Shown: positions 38,901 to 53,900, numbered from the stretch's first letter. The stretch is 64,000 bases of DNA from Phoronis australis (GCA_002633005.1 NMRA01000024.1:637803-701802); one strand, 5' to 3'. Made by a program: numbers and translations. The notes: a model not told the origin generated them from the sequence alone.

Positions 38901-41900
38901 TAACCTCTAATACTTTAGCCTTCAGGTCGTCATTGACACAGCCAGCTAAACAACAGTGGCTGATGGCGTTGATGATGATGTGACGGTTAGATTTGGAGCT
39001 CGGCTTGACAAACAACTTGGGCCCTGAACCAAGTCAAAGAAGAAATATAAGGGGGAAGTCTGACTTAACATGACAACACCAGCAGTCAAGCAGTCAAATC
39101 GTAGCTTCAAATGCGCTGACACCGTAGCTCTACAAATGAGTTGCTCAAGCATGGTTTAAGTTGCTCAAAGCCAAGAAAACTTCATACATTGATGTTAACT
39201 TTGCAATGAAGAACGTAGAGCTGCTTCTTGTATTACACAATACGCACATGACAAACATTTTTTAAGTCTGGTCAGCACCCCATCTGTGGCCAATTCACAT
39301 GACCTAATGAATATAAGTCTGAAAAGATTTCTGCCCCAAGCGGGACTCCAACTCAGGACCTTCTTCTAACTGTGCTCATGCTCCAGCCACTGAGCCACTG
39401 GGACCACTGGTCGAACACACACATTCAATCAGACTTGCAGTAGTGGGCATCTCGCCCTTAAAACATAATGATGATGCAGAAAATCCAACAGACATTTCAT
39501 TTGAATAAAATTAAATGAACCCTGCTTCTAAGCTCCAATTAAAACAATACTCATGCTATATAATTCTTGAAAACTGAGAAGCAAACTAAGGCCGGCTTAC
39601 TGATTTTACCCATACCTAATATCACACAAGATTCTAAATTGAGCTCGATTGAAATTTAACAGTGGCCGTGCTTGGGATAAATATAACCTAACCGGACAGT
39701 AGGACCTGCATTAGATATTCATAAAAGCAAACATGAAAGGCCAACACTACGATTCAAAGTATCAGCTTGTAATAACAAAGCTTTACTAAAAGTGAAAATG
39801 GCTAATGCTATCTCACCCAGGTAGTCACTGGATGACGACCCGGCATCACTGCCACTGTCCAAAAGATTGGTCAGTGCCGACTCCTTGCGGGAGGTCAGCT
39901 GAGGTCGATTTTCAGACGGACTTCCTGCCCTGTGGGTCAGACTTCCACTTGAGATCTGACCAGAGTCCAGCGAAGCCTGCGACGAGTTGCCATTGTCTAC
40001 AACAAAGAAAGAAAATCATCATGCAACAATAAATAAGAAATACAGAGACGAAGTTTGACTTTATTGTGTTACACAACAAAATACAAAAGTAACGTGTGCA
40101 ATGTATGCCTGAGAGAGTAACACAAATTCAATCTACATGTAATGTATCTATCACGGGATGATATAACTTGAAGAAGCTGGCATAGGAAAAGACGTAAAAC
40201 TTTTCTCGTTAATTTAAATGGTCATCAAATTGAGTGCATACAGAAAAACCTCATACAGTCAAATAGTGGCCACCAATGTATGTATCACCACATAAATCCC
40301 AGACTAAGTCCTTCTAAGAAGTGTATGAACCTTTGTCATGTCTATCTGCACTCCTACCAGCAGACGGGTAGCTCTCTGGTCGTCCGACCTTGTCCACGCC
40401 GTTGTTGGACGATGACTTCTGCTTGCTTGACCTAGATCGAGGTTTCTGCTGGCGAGGGCTGTTGTCCTCATCCTCGGCTTTGCGGTTCAAATACTGCTGA
40501 TAGATGGCGTCGCGTCTCAGTTTGTCCTCAGCCTTCTTCTGTTCTGCCTCCAACTGTTTCATCCTGTAAACACCAACGGTTGTTTCATGCCACCATTCCT
40601 ACAAAGGGACTGATCACAACAACCACGCTCTAAGAGCGTCCTAATCTGTCCCAAGGTCTTGATGAAACTGGCTTGGGATGTGAAAATGGGGGGCTTCAAA
40701 CATGTGTCAGATACGACACCGTCCCCGGGTCCTTATTCCAAGTACAAGTGTCTCATTGTTCATTCCGTTCCCACTCAGTTTTAGAATGTCGTCATAAATT
40801 TGTCAAGACGGGCCGTTATCAAAATCACGTGACATGCGGGAAGGGCTTAAATGGGAAACGACAGTGTTGGAAAAGTTTCAACTTCTAGCTACAGAAACAT
40901 GGAAATACGGAGACTCCTCGACATGCTGGGCTTAAACCAATCAATTTGTTTTCATTGCACAGGAAAACCCACAGAAACAGTCTAGCTCTGAACACCGTGA
41001 GAATAAACCAACTTGGGCGTGAGATCAGAAGCAAGCCTAGCGAGGAACAGAGTGGTAAAGCTTTAACAAATGAGAGGTTATGCAAATATTCTAATTGTAT
41101 AGCACAAGGTGTAGAAGCAGGCCAACATGTGCATTTAGTTATGAAGGTCAGAAATCACAAAGTAGTGATGCATGCAATACCGAATTAGTGAAATTTTCAT
41201 TTACCAGTATCCAAAAGTAAAAATAAGAGAGACTATGTCAATAATACATAAGTTTACACAAATTTTTAAAGTTGAGAAAATCAACAAAAAATGCAGAAAA
41301 TTTAATCACCTCATTTTCAAATGATTTAATATGCTTATTTTTGTCAGCAATTCTTGCAAGTTCTCGTCATAACCTTGACGAAGCTATGGACAATCCAACC
41401 AAGTTCTTCAATTTTTTACGAAAACTAGTAAAGAAGTCTCATCAGCATGCGCAAGGCTGTAGTTATTGTAATAGGCATTAGTCCCTTTCATTGGTCCCGG
41501 ATTTTGAGAACCAGTTTGATGCCAGTTATTCAGTGGAAAGAACTGGTTCTCAAAATGTGGGACTTCCGTAAGTGACTATCACCTCGTAACATGTCAAACT
41601 GTAACACACGCTTCAGTTAGTAATAACTTGGCAGGGATGCGGTTTACTAGCCTTACTGTCCCTTTCACCCTAGGCGTGGCTCCCTTGCATTTTTGGCTGA
41701 AATCATATTTGACAGTCACAAAATGTCGCATAGCCGTGTCATGTTTGTCATCTGCTAAGTCGTGAATTCTGGACAAACCAGAGGCCACAGTGAACACCCG
41801 ATTTACACCAAACACTTTTATAATTTTTCCGCTCGAGAATCCCGAATGATAGCAATGCAAAATGTCAAATGAATAATAAAAATTTACATGGTTTCCAAAA

Positions 41901-44900
41901 GCTTATGCACTTTTTTCAATTTACAGGAGTTTACCATTCATGGAAACTATTTTTGTCATTTTCCATTAGGGTAGGGCATCATGACATTTTCCAGGTTACC
42001 ATGACGACCTAGAAAAGGACTTACAGACAGACTCTGTTCACCTCGGATTAACAGGAGACACCTAAGTCAAGTCCCATTTCCCACATATCTGTGCAACTCC
42101 ACTCACCTTTATACCTTTATCAACGACATAAACGAACCATTTCAGAGCCAGATCCCCATTACGATAGTTATCAAACTTGGTAATTTAATCCCCTTACCTC
42201 AAACGAGGCCAGACAAAACCTGTTCTCACCACGGTGTGAATGTAACACAGAGGCTTAACTTACAACAGCAACTTTAACAAAGACCCATAACCAGTCATTC
42301 CTCACTTGTTCAGCTCACGATGCAGGCAAGTGAAATTTTATTTTGTCAAATTTCTCACCAAAAAATTGAGAAAATTTTAGTCTATCGTTGACTTTATGTG
42401 TAGTGTAGATGTCACGAAGAAACATCTGTCAATTTTTTGTGATTTGCAGTAAGATGATCAGCTTTTGTAAAAGTAGTAAAATGACAATTTCGGTGCATAA
42501 CAAATGAAGAATTACTGGACACAGTGAATATCCATGATTCTATACAGCACCGTGTACAACACACTACACCGACTCCCTGACACACACAGCACACACTCGT
42601 ACGTGTGCGCGGATATCCACCCACCTCTGATCATCGCGTTTCTGCGCCGCGTCTGCCTCCTTCTTCAGCCTCTTCTTCTCCATTTCTTCTCTCCTCTTCA
42701 TCTGCTGCAACATCAGCTTCTCGCGTTTCTTCTGTATGTCCATCTCCGTGCTCTGCGCAGCCAAAACGAATAAATCAAAATAACAGCAAGCAGTTACCCT
42801 CGCTTCCACAGCAGCGTTGAAAATGTCGACAAAATGTCTTTCAGCCAATAACCGATGAAATTCGGCAGTAAAATTTTTCCAGCTAATGTTTTCATCACTC
42901 ACCATTATCTTTTGTCCATCTAGACTTCTGGTGCTTTTTCGGCAACAAAGCAACATGAATGTCAATGAAATAAATCATTTTGTAAACTACAATGCACATT
43001 GAAAACCTAATGGTCTAACAAACAATTTGGCTGCAAGTCTTGCCGAAACATACCACTATACAACAACAAATGAGAAGAAAATGGGTTAAGTACCATGCTT
43101 TCCGATGCACTCACTTATCATAAAAGAACTTCTTAAACAATTATTATTCTTTATAATCACCTAAATTAAGTCGACTTAGGCACAGATACCATGATTTGAC
43201 ACCATGATGTAGAATCAGAAATGATGAAATGACATTAATCCACAAATACTTACGGCATCTAATGTTGCATCGTCCACACCGATCACAAAACCAACATTGT
43301 CTGGCTTGGCTGGTGAGTCACCAGCTGCTGGTGGAACAAACCGCTTACAACGCACCGGGGAGTGAACCAGCTTCTCTTTCTTCTTAAATGCCGATTCCCC
43401 TGAGTCCTCCTCCTCCAAGGCTTTTGCCGAAGTGGGTTTCTCCCAGCTCTTGCGTTTAGTTTTGCTTCTGACCGCTTTTACTGGCGTGTCTTCTCCAAAT
43501 GAGACAAAAAATCCAGCCTTCAGTGGGCGATCGTCGGCGCTGTGGTGAGCTTGGCTATCAGCAGTAGTAGAGTTTTCGCTTATGTCAGCCATATTGTCCA
43601 GACCATTGACAGCAGAAGGCCCCTGCCTAGCGTCATCATAGCCATCACCCTCAAGTTCTGGTAACGGCAGAGGTACACTAGGCCCTGGGGTTGTACGTGT
43701 TGTTCCTAGCTCGGACACTGGCACAAAACTGTGATGACTAGAACTGGGATTCTGGTAGTGAGAAGAAATCTCCGACGGACTAGGAATGTAGTATCCTGTC
43801 GTGGCTGGCAGCTGAGTCTGACCGGATGTTATGTACGTTGCCTGACCATAGGTACTGCCCATGTGCTGAGGGTGGTGTGGCTGAAATGAGGGACTGGGCA
43901 TGAGTAGTAGACCAGCCCTGACCTCTGGTGTCTGATCCTGCAGTCGAGGACTTGACGTTGGTGGCGATGTGATCCCATATGGGTGTAGAGCAGGCGGTGA
44001 CTGCAAAACAGATGGGGATTGGTTCATATAGGGAACCCCTGGTGTCTGTGAGTAACCACGGTAACCCATGGTGTCGCGGTGATGACCAGAGGAAACATAC
44101 AGACCAGAATCACTAAAGCTTGACCTTGCCATGTCAAAAGGGGCAGAGCCATCGCTTCCTTGATGCAAGATGAAGGGTTGATCCGAGCGACGCAATTCAC
44201 TGTGTAGTGGATCAGAGGTGATCATCGCCTGTTCAGCCAGAGCGGGATTGTGAATTCGTATTGCACCTTGGTTCTGTTCAAGCAAATGCATGGGACTGAC
44301 CGGGGGAGGGATGGCGTTGTCCGCAGAGAGTTGACGCTGGTAGATTTGCCGTGTCGGTGTGCGACGCTGCACTACCGGTCCAGTCGGGGTGTGGTTGACG
44401 ATGGGTCCAGTGGGTTTTGGACTAACAGCCGTAGAAACGCCTCCACCAACGACACCAGGACTAGCAGCCATATTGATTCCTGCTCGAGCTGGATCCGTTG
44501 CCAGCGTTTTGATTTGTTCCTGTTGCAGAGACAGCCTCATGATCTCGCTCTGTAGCTCACTAAGACTGTGATTCAACTTCTCCAGTGACTGATTGTATTC
44601 GTCATAGTCATCAGAGCCAGAGCCCACACTACGTGGACTGGCACCTTCACTGCGTGGCTGCTGCTCCGTCCGGCTCTCATGTGTCTGAACCACAAGAGGT
44701 TCGTTAGCTAGCCACTTCTGTTTTACCGTTTCTATGGTTTCCTGAATGTACTGCCTAGAGAGAGGTCTTCCCAGAGGCGGAGACTCGCGAGTAGTACCCA
44801 TACTGGCAGCACCAAAAGTAGCTGCCAATTCCGGAGATGCTCGGGACAGTGGTTGCCTGAAACAAGACTGCTCAGGTGGTGGGCTGGGCTTGGCGACATT

Positions 44901-47900
44901 GTGCAATGATGACGGCTTAGACATCTTAACTTCTGAATGAGATGTAAGCTGGAGTGGTGTGGATGATGGTCTGTTGGGCCCATCAGCACCAGAATCCTTT
45001 TTTCGTTGTTTTTGTTTTTCTTCGGGACTGTTCTTTGACAGTACGTGCATGAACACAGCCTTGCCCACCCGCTGCCGCTGCTTGTTCATCTGAGCCTCCA
45101 CACGCCGTTTCTCCAACTCCATGGCACGCCGCTTCTGCTCAAGCAGCATGCGCACACTGGCAATCTCCGACACCAATGCTGGCACGACCTCTGAACCGTC
45201 GTCCGTCTGAGCATTGGTGTCCCTCAACTTGGAGCTCTTCTCTGCACTCTCCTGCCATGTGGTCTGATTGGGTGGGGCGGCGAACGACGTAGTCTTCTTC
45301 GATTTCTCTGGTTGTTTCTTCTTCCGCTGGAACTCCTGTCGCAGCGAGATCTTCTCGGGTCGGTCTTTATTCTCCTTATTGTTGTTGTCCCTGTTGTCGC
45401 CGTGTTGGACGTAGACAAACCCGCTGTTGTCTGGCCTACCGATACTGTCGCGCCACCGTTTGATTTCAGCAAAGCCAGTGGTGGGGCTGGGCTTCAAGTC
45501 TGTCCCCATCTTCAGTCCTACAAACGGAAGTATACCCGTGTCTTTTTCTAGCACCACTGGCTTGGGAACAATTAGAGAATCCGGTCGGTGCGGATCCTGA
45601 ATCATTTTCGGACTGGGAGACGCATCCCTGGCCTTGTCCACTTCTCGGCCATTTTGATCAGCATGGATCTTGTTTGATTCGATGTGTTCAAATGCACTCT
45701 GGTTGGCATATGGTTTGTCGAGTTCCGTGTTGTCCACAATTGGTATCCCAGCAGCTCTGGCACTGTTGGGAGAGTGAGGATGCTCCGGTATGGTGAAACT
45801 TTCTGCTACAGGCTTTGATTGAGATGTGTGTGCTTGCGAAGCAGAGAACTCGCCAGACTCCACCGGCATGAATACGCGAGAACTTTCTGGGACCACCGAC
45901 GAGTTTATAATGGATAGATCAACTCCAGGTGGCAGATCCTGGGAGACATTAGTCAACGTATCAGAGTCCGAGCTCCTCTGTTGAGACGTTAATACTCCAT
46001 TTTTGTTTGCAGAGACAATCATTTGAGACGACTTAGAGGTATCCTTTCGCAAATCTCCTCTCTCAAATTCCTTGGAGTGATTATTGGATTTCTCCTTCGC
46101 AGGTCTTGTAACTGCCGGAATAAGTGGTTCCAGTGAATCATTCCCATGGTGCGATACATTTGTTCTAGCCGAGTTGAACGACGACACACTTTCGAGTCGC
46201 AGAGCCTCCATGGGCTGGGCCTCTCTGTCGTCTCCAGAACGTAGCATTTCAATGTCCATGCTAGAGATGCAATCAGTGTCAACGCTCTCATTTAACTCGG
46301 GGTCAATCTGGACATTGGACAGAAGTTGTCCGGTAGGGTTGGACATTGGACCCGTCCCTGAAGGATCATCTCGCCTGTCCAAGCTGAAACAAAGGAAGGT
46401 TTTGTAACACATGGCATAAAAACACAAAACCGTAATAAATGCTTCATAAATACAAATATGGTTAACTTGACAAATTGCTTTGTGATCCTGGTAGTCTGTT
46501 CCCATTTGGGTTTTCCCTATTTTCGACAAAATACTGAGAACTAACGACATTGGTTAGACATGAAACAAAAAAATCAAAGCGTGTTTAGTTCCCCAGAAAA
46601 ACGAATGCCATTGCACAGACTGAAATGAAGTTTGATTGGTGATATAGACCCTAAGTGCTGGTCTTACCTTCTTTCTTCACAATAAATGAATATAGGTTTC
46701 ATCTTGAAATTATGAGGATATCACAGTCTTTACAAATTACTTCAGTAACAAGCAAGGACAGGTATATTTTCAGAGACTTACTTTTATTGAAGTAAGATTT
46801 AGTCATTTTTTCAGAAATGGGCGTGCACAGCTTAAGATCCAATATCAGACCAGTCACTTTTTAAGAAACAAACCCCTGAATACCGGAAACAGAGTAAACA
46901 TGTTCTTCAAAACACTCAACATACAAACCTAGTTTTTCTGTGCAACCCGTGTGGTGGATGACCAATTGAGCCTGAATTCACAACCTCATTTTCTGCAATA
47001 GAAGAAATATAAACTGCATATTTAAATTTACAAACTTCGTAGAACAGTCAAATAAATACAAAGTGAAATTCTCCCTTTTTTACTAAAAAAGGAATTTTCT
47101 AAAGTTAAAATATCCATTAATTTCGCTATCAAAACCAAATAGTCTTAATTACTTTCCAAATCTTAGCAAATTTACAGTGAATTTGACAACAATTTCTCAA
47201 CATTGCCACGAAACTTCTTTCATCTTAATGACGATGTGCACAACATAACCAAGTGAGATAATATTGACAAGTTTTTGTCAGTAGTACATACCAACTAAAA
47301 AGCTGCTGCCATCCTGTGGATCTCGTTGATTCTGCTGTCGCTTTTGTAAAAGAGGCTGACGAGCAGCAACGCTGAAAATAAGAGGCAACGTATTAAAACA
47401 TTTCGCCCATCCTTTGACAGGAGTTCGAGCTTCCAAGTCTTGAGATATGCAAACATCAACTTGCTAAAGAAAGTGATAACAAAAAATGACGACGGGCTTG
47501 TGAGCTGTTGCCTTAACTATGGCATCACCAAGGTGAAAAACAGTTGCTTTCAACATAAAATTTGGCAAACAAATTGACTGCAAATAGTATGCTACAAGGT
47601 AGCAGATGATTTCCTCTTGCTAATTTTGCAGTGATTTCTGACTGTCAAAATCATTGCTAAAGCCATCTTTTGAAGAAAAAAAACACGAATCAAACCACAA
47701 AATATTTTGTGAAATTCCTTGCAAATGATGTTTATTCCAATCCCACACAGCACTAAGTACGTGAAGTAGAAATTGAAAACTTCAAAATAGAATTAACGAA
47801 CTTAGCTGCAGTAAATCTCATAGCAAACGATGGACTCCAATACTTCCATGGAGTCGGGTGTAATTAGAAACGTTAACTGGCCACAAACAAAATCAAAGAG

Positions 47901-50900
47901 TTTCTCACCAAAATACAAAAACAATGGTTCTCAAAGATGGCGCTGCCTGCAGTCTTAATGGCCTCATTGCAAAATCAATATGCCGTATGAAAAAGAACAC
48001 CACATGCCCAAAACGCATCCGTTTTCCAGACAGTTACACAGCAAATTCAACACATTTAAAGTAATGTATTTTTGTTGCGTAGTGGTTTGCAACAAAGACA
48101 CTTTTGTAAAGACTTTCTCATAAAAATTTCCCCGTCATTCATACAGGCGGTCATAAGGTATGGTGTTGCTTTCCTCGGCGGTACAACACTATAGTCTGAT
48201 GACACAACACACTCCAAGGACACAAAAGCTGGAGAGCTTCAATGCACTCAACTCAGAGACAGCATTATCACAAACTCTAAACAATTCAAGGCACAATGTT
48301 TGTTTCGGCACCCAGTCTGTCACAATGACCTACCTGGGACTACCTGGTGTCGTCATGGCCTCGGCCTCATGTCGTGGCGTGCCAGAAGCCTGCTGGAAAC
48401 TTCTTTTAGTTGCATTACTTATAGGGACCGGGGAGCCAGTGGGAACCGTCTTGGACAGTGGTGGCTTGAAGCCTGCAATGGAGTAGAAAACAAAATTATG
48501 TCATCCCTCTGTGGTCATTTTGTGTAGTATAACGATTAAGGTGAAATTTAGGGTAAGTATGGTAACAGCAAAATGATTCCATTCAAAACATTACTAGATG
48601 AGAATGACTCATCAACTCAAAACATTGCACAGGCGACACCCTGTTAAACATAATGATGAACAATATAACAGGCCTTAAAAATGTTTGTTTTCCCTCACCC
48701 AACCCTCACTGCTATCAGGTGGGTAGGTTAGCAGGGAATGTATTTTATCTTTTTCTCTTCTCCTTATCCGATGTGCTCATTTTTGTTACAAAAATTATGT
48801 CATATCTACAACTGAAACAAATAATTCTTTTTTCAGATATCAAAATATTTTTAGACACGCAAATATTTAACAGGCAGTCGTAAAATTAATTTTCTTTTAA
48901 TTCAGGCCCAAACCTCTATCGAGTGTAACAGAACTGTAGGACTGGATCTCATAATTTATTCTAAAAAGCCCACAAATTCTACAACTAAATGTCAGTCAAG
49001 TCCAAAGGGTTTCTCCATAAAAGCCACATTCCTATGGTATAAACACTATACATCACCACAGATCAATATCACACACTTGCATCAAGTCAACACAGACAGA
49101 TTGCACTCCCAGCCTAGGCATGTTCTCAAACCACCACACACTATTTCACTCTCTAACCAGGTAACTTTGGCAACAGACTGTGACTGATGGATTTGACAAC
49201 ATTATGGTTTCGTTCTTTACAAATAGGCATTCATGTGTATAGGCCAGCCCCTTCTACCTCACAAATTTCAGTACACAGACTACAGATTAATGGGAATTAT
49301 CACTGCATCGTAATTTAAGCCTTCTGAGTAAAAGCCTAGTAATTGCTAGGTAATGAGTAGACTTAGCAAAATTGTCAAGTAACATTTGATGAAATCAGCA
49401 GAGAACACCAGTCACTATGGAATGTCTCATTCTGTAAGAACCAGACATTTGATGAATTACAGGGCGAGCAGTCTAATTTCCCCTTCGAATATTGTTCTAC
49501 GACAGAAACAGCCGACAGCCGAAATTATAAACCAGTCAACCCCTAAAACATTGGTGGCACTCACCGTAAAATTGTAGCAACACTGAAGACAGCAGCACAA
49601 TATTAACAGACCACATGACGGACACCACAATCCAACAGTCCTCGCAACCCTCCATGATTCAATGAATTGTACAGTACACTAATGCTATATCTGAGCAATC
49701 CTGACTCATATCCAATGTTCCTTGTATACCATGCAGCAAGCTGGTAACCACCAGACCATAAGATAAGCTTCTGCCGGCTTTGTTGTGAACAGTGGACCCC
49801 CACAGGGAGCCACATCTGTGCTGGTGTTTTCATCCCAACAGCTGCGCTCCATAACACACAGATACCCAACAACACAGTGATTATTCCATCAGCACCACCA
49901 GCAATACCACCACCACTGCCATCAGCTATGCCAGACACACAGAGGAAGTAGTCTATCAGACCAGATGTGACCATCAAACAAACATAAGGTCTCAGAGTTT
50001 GATAGAACTTGGTTTTTATTTTGCACAGAGCCGAATACCAGAATAGTCTATTTCCGATTGTACAAAGGATGATTTTAAAAATCATAATATTCAGTTCCAG
50101 AAAATCACAATTTGATAAAGAATTGTTTTAGTACAAACCATGTTAATAAAAATGGAGAAGTTTTTAAATGTTCATTTTTCTTGAAAGATTTCTTCCCAAA
50201 CAGTGTGCATACTGATCAAGTGAAAAACACTATAAATACAACTTGTTCAAGTTTACATTTCAAATTGGCCAAAATGCATGCTTTTGAAGGGTGATGATCT
50301 CTCTATGAAAGGACATATCACATATAATTTTCAATGTAGCAGCTGCTCAGCTAGAAAATCGAATGACATAACATGCTACATTCAAGTTGGAGTGGGCAGG
50401 TGAAAGCATTGCAGCCATGAGCTACTATAGAAGACTAAAGAGATCAATGCCTAGAAGCTTGTAACTCTGCACAATCACAATAAAGTCAAGATCATGTATT
50501 AGTGCAACACAGTCTACCTTGAAGGAATACTACCAAAAGGCACCATACAAAATAGGGCTGTACATGTCTACATGACCGACCGACACATAACTACTATATA
50601 TTAATGGCCGCATCATCTTAATTATGATTTTAAATGCGATTTAAAAACAGATTGGTCAAGTTGTCAACAATCCAAGCATGGTAATATAAAGTTGAAGTCT
50701 TTGCCTACATAGTGAGACCAATAGCTCACTTGCGAGTTTCTCGTTAGTCACCGGAAGAGGGGCAAAACCCGCCATATTGCTCTTGTTTTACCCCGAGTCT
50801 TTGCTACACACGCTAAATCTTACTGGAGTTCTTATCTTATGGTGAATTTTACGCTTAAAATGTTAACACAACTTAAGAGATGGTACATGGATCATGGAAT

Positions 50901-53900
50901 AACTGAATGGACGAAGAAAATGTCAACTTGTTATGCTGTGCGAAGGTGTGAACGGACTGAACTTGGAACTCAACCCGGTCTATGCCTGAATGCCGCAGGC
51001 ATACAGGAGCGATAGTGTATCCCTATAAAAAGTTACTCACTTCAAAATACAGCAAATAAAATGAAATGAAACATGCATATGTGCACATGGAGTTATAATT
51101 AACACATACCCTGACTCTGGATACAATTTAGTCTACAAATAACTTGAACATATCTATGAAAACCTCGCGGTTCGCTCGAGTTTCTCTCACTGGGTGCCAT
51201 TTTGAGGAAGTTAGTCGTGAAATCACATCTGTTGACGAACAAAAAGCCCAAGGGACACAAATCTTACAAATTTCACTTGATATTTTCTCATGCTATTTTG
51301 CAAGTGTCACGTGCCAGGTCACGTGCCAGGTCTCGCGCTTCACTCAGTCTCGCGTTAGCCTTTGCCTCATACTCACCTGACTCAGTTGAAATAATTTGTG
51401 GTTATCGCGCGCGCAGTCAAAGTTAACAGTAACCACAAAGTGGAGTTGGCATTCTTCGCCAAAGTCACCTGAATTCCCATAGCTATGCTTCATCGAAGAT
51501 ATGTTTAGAAGCAGAAAGGATCACTGAAGAAAGTAAGCGCAGCTTTAGGTGATAATTTTAGGTGTAGAATGTATTTTTGACGAGGTGAAAACTTATCAGT
51601 GAGCGGATTTCGCCTACCGCTCGTTTAAAATACACGGGACGAAATTAGCACAGAACGCAATAGAATGCATTGTAGTGGGAATCTGAATTTCATTTGCCGT
51701 AACAGCAGTGCTTGTTTGGCATTTTTCAAACTAAAAGATTAAAAACTCGAAGTAAACAACAGAATACACTCTGCTACCATATCGGGCAAATGGCCAAACG
51801 ACAAGCTTTTGCCCCACTTCCGGTGACGTCACAGTTAAGTGTCACATAATCTCGCATTATTGTTATAAACTCGCAAAAGGACTATTCAATCTGCGAAAAC
51901 CACATATCAGTGGCCCACAGGGTTCTTAGAATAAAAGTTATACCCCTGCCTACACATTTTACCCCTACCTACAAGTTTCAGCCCTACCTACTAAAGTTTT
52001 AGCCCTACAAATGACAAGTTTTTCCTGGTGAAGTTCCAGCGCAAGTTTCAGGGATCAGATATTATAGAAGTACCAGATTTCTTGGCCCAGCAAACTGACA
52101 CAGACTTTGAAAATTCTGATATGCAAATAAAACTGTATTTGACTACAGCGCCATCTATTAATCTACGCTATATCCAGGCCTGCAGGAATTTGCAATAACA
52201 TTTGATAAAGTCATCATTTTTAAAGTACAATTACCCCAAAATTGTAAATGGAAAACAATGTCAATAAGTAATTTCTTTGAAATCAGTTAAACAGTGCTAA
52301 ACCTGCAACAAATTACTTTTAGCAATGTAATAATCGAAAAAATCGTTCTTTCGCAATCCTTCCTGGCAATATTCGCCAGTTATTAGTGCTAAACTTGTTA
52401 ACTTCCCCTCATCACACAGATCCAGTAGGTTGCTAAGCCTGGAAGATAGCCATGCGTACAGCATACTCACCTAGCTCACACCACTAGCAATGAGAACCTC
52501 ACAGTGTTGGTCTCGCTAATTAAGTCATTCCACAGGAAATTACACCTGACAAACATTGCACTGACCATCCAGCTCAGGCACCACTCCACCTTACATCATA
52601 GAATTATGGGTACTGGCAAGAATGCACTCATACAGGGAGCTACTCAGTGGAGCAGATATAGTATGTTGAATGTTTACTGTTTGACAGGTGAGTTAATCAG
52701 GTATAAGAGATGGTAAGTGGACCCTATAGAGCGTTATTGATACTAGAGCCCTCTGTCATTCAAGTTGATAGTGGTCAGCAAACAATAGCATAATGGACCT
52801 GACCAACCCTGCATTGGATACTGACCTAGTGACAGGCATCAATGTTTTTCACTTAAGTTGAAATACTAGGGCATTGATTGAAGAATTACTGAAATGAAAT
52901 AAAATCCATAATACACAGGCATTTTGAGTTATTTTCTACCAAACAAAAGGCATTCAAGATACGACCAGAATGGTATATCAGTGCTCACCAAACAAGACCA
53001 TTGTATATACGACCACCATAGTATCACTGACAAGGAATGAGTGACAAAAGAAAACAGGCTCCCCTACACTCCCAAGATGATACACATTAGTTAGCAAGAG
53101 ACCCATAAGAATGGATTTGTAAACATGTCTAAAACACAAAACAAGTACTCCTGAAAGAAGCTCCATCACCTCTGTAACTAATCACTTCTAGTAAACAGCA
53201 CAAGGTGAGGGTGGACCCTGGCTGTCCAATCAAATCAGTTTCAAAAGTGAATGTACTAAGCCTCTAAATAATAACCTGTTTTTAAACAAGATCTTCCAGA
53301 AAAAACGATGAAACAATGATTAACAATCTAGAATGACCAGCACCCACAGCACCACCTGAAAACTCTTGCTTGCTGAATGTGCACCGGCAGACTGCCTCAA
53401 AACTGATATTAAAGTGGGCTATCAAAATGCCCCTGAGGGACACCACAGCTGCTATTAGAGAACGTAACCCAATCTCACATTATCACTATTATAGCATATC
53501 ACGACAGGAAGTGAACAGATGCCTGACCAAAAAAAAATGCTGATCACTCCTGTCGAATTACACATTGTTTATGGTAAAGTCACTAACTTGGACTGCACCC
53601 ACTAATCAGTCTACCAGAGCAAAACTTTAAACATGGTTTAAACTCGCTTTATGTTTTTGTATCCTTATTTCCTTGCTGTTAATTCAAAAAAACAGCAAAG
53701 CAATTAGTTACACATAATTTTCACTTGCTGGGCATGTCACTATCATTTTCACTGCAAAATAATTAAAATAAGTACAACTACGCAAAACTATTGCAATCAT
53801 TGGTCTTGCAACTCTAGCCTAAGACTTTTAACATGGTTTTCAAACATAGCACAGCACGATGTTTGAAAACATGTAGTGAGAAAAGTGCTGCTGCAAGAAG

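Noticed and set aside
42025-42061. AG/GT-bounded 37-nt block between coiled-coil exons
   Set aside because: Inclusion would shift the frame.
44250-46407. Several plus-strand and alternate-frame ORFs
   Set aside because: Shadows of the large CAMSAP exon.
49603-50085. 160-aa minus-strand ORF with a Gly-rich, hydrophobic stretch
   Set aside because: No recognisable domain; it is in a different frame from the short spliceable exon it overlaps and is more likely UTR or intron.
52471-52600. Strong AG/GTGAGT donor in the long CAMSAP intron
   Set aside because: Stops in all three frames just upstream; at most a non-coding exon, and nothing else supports it.
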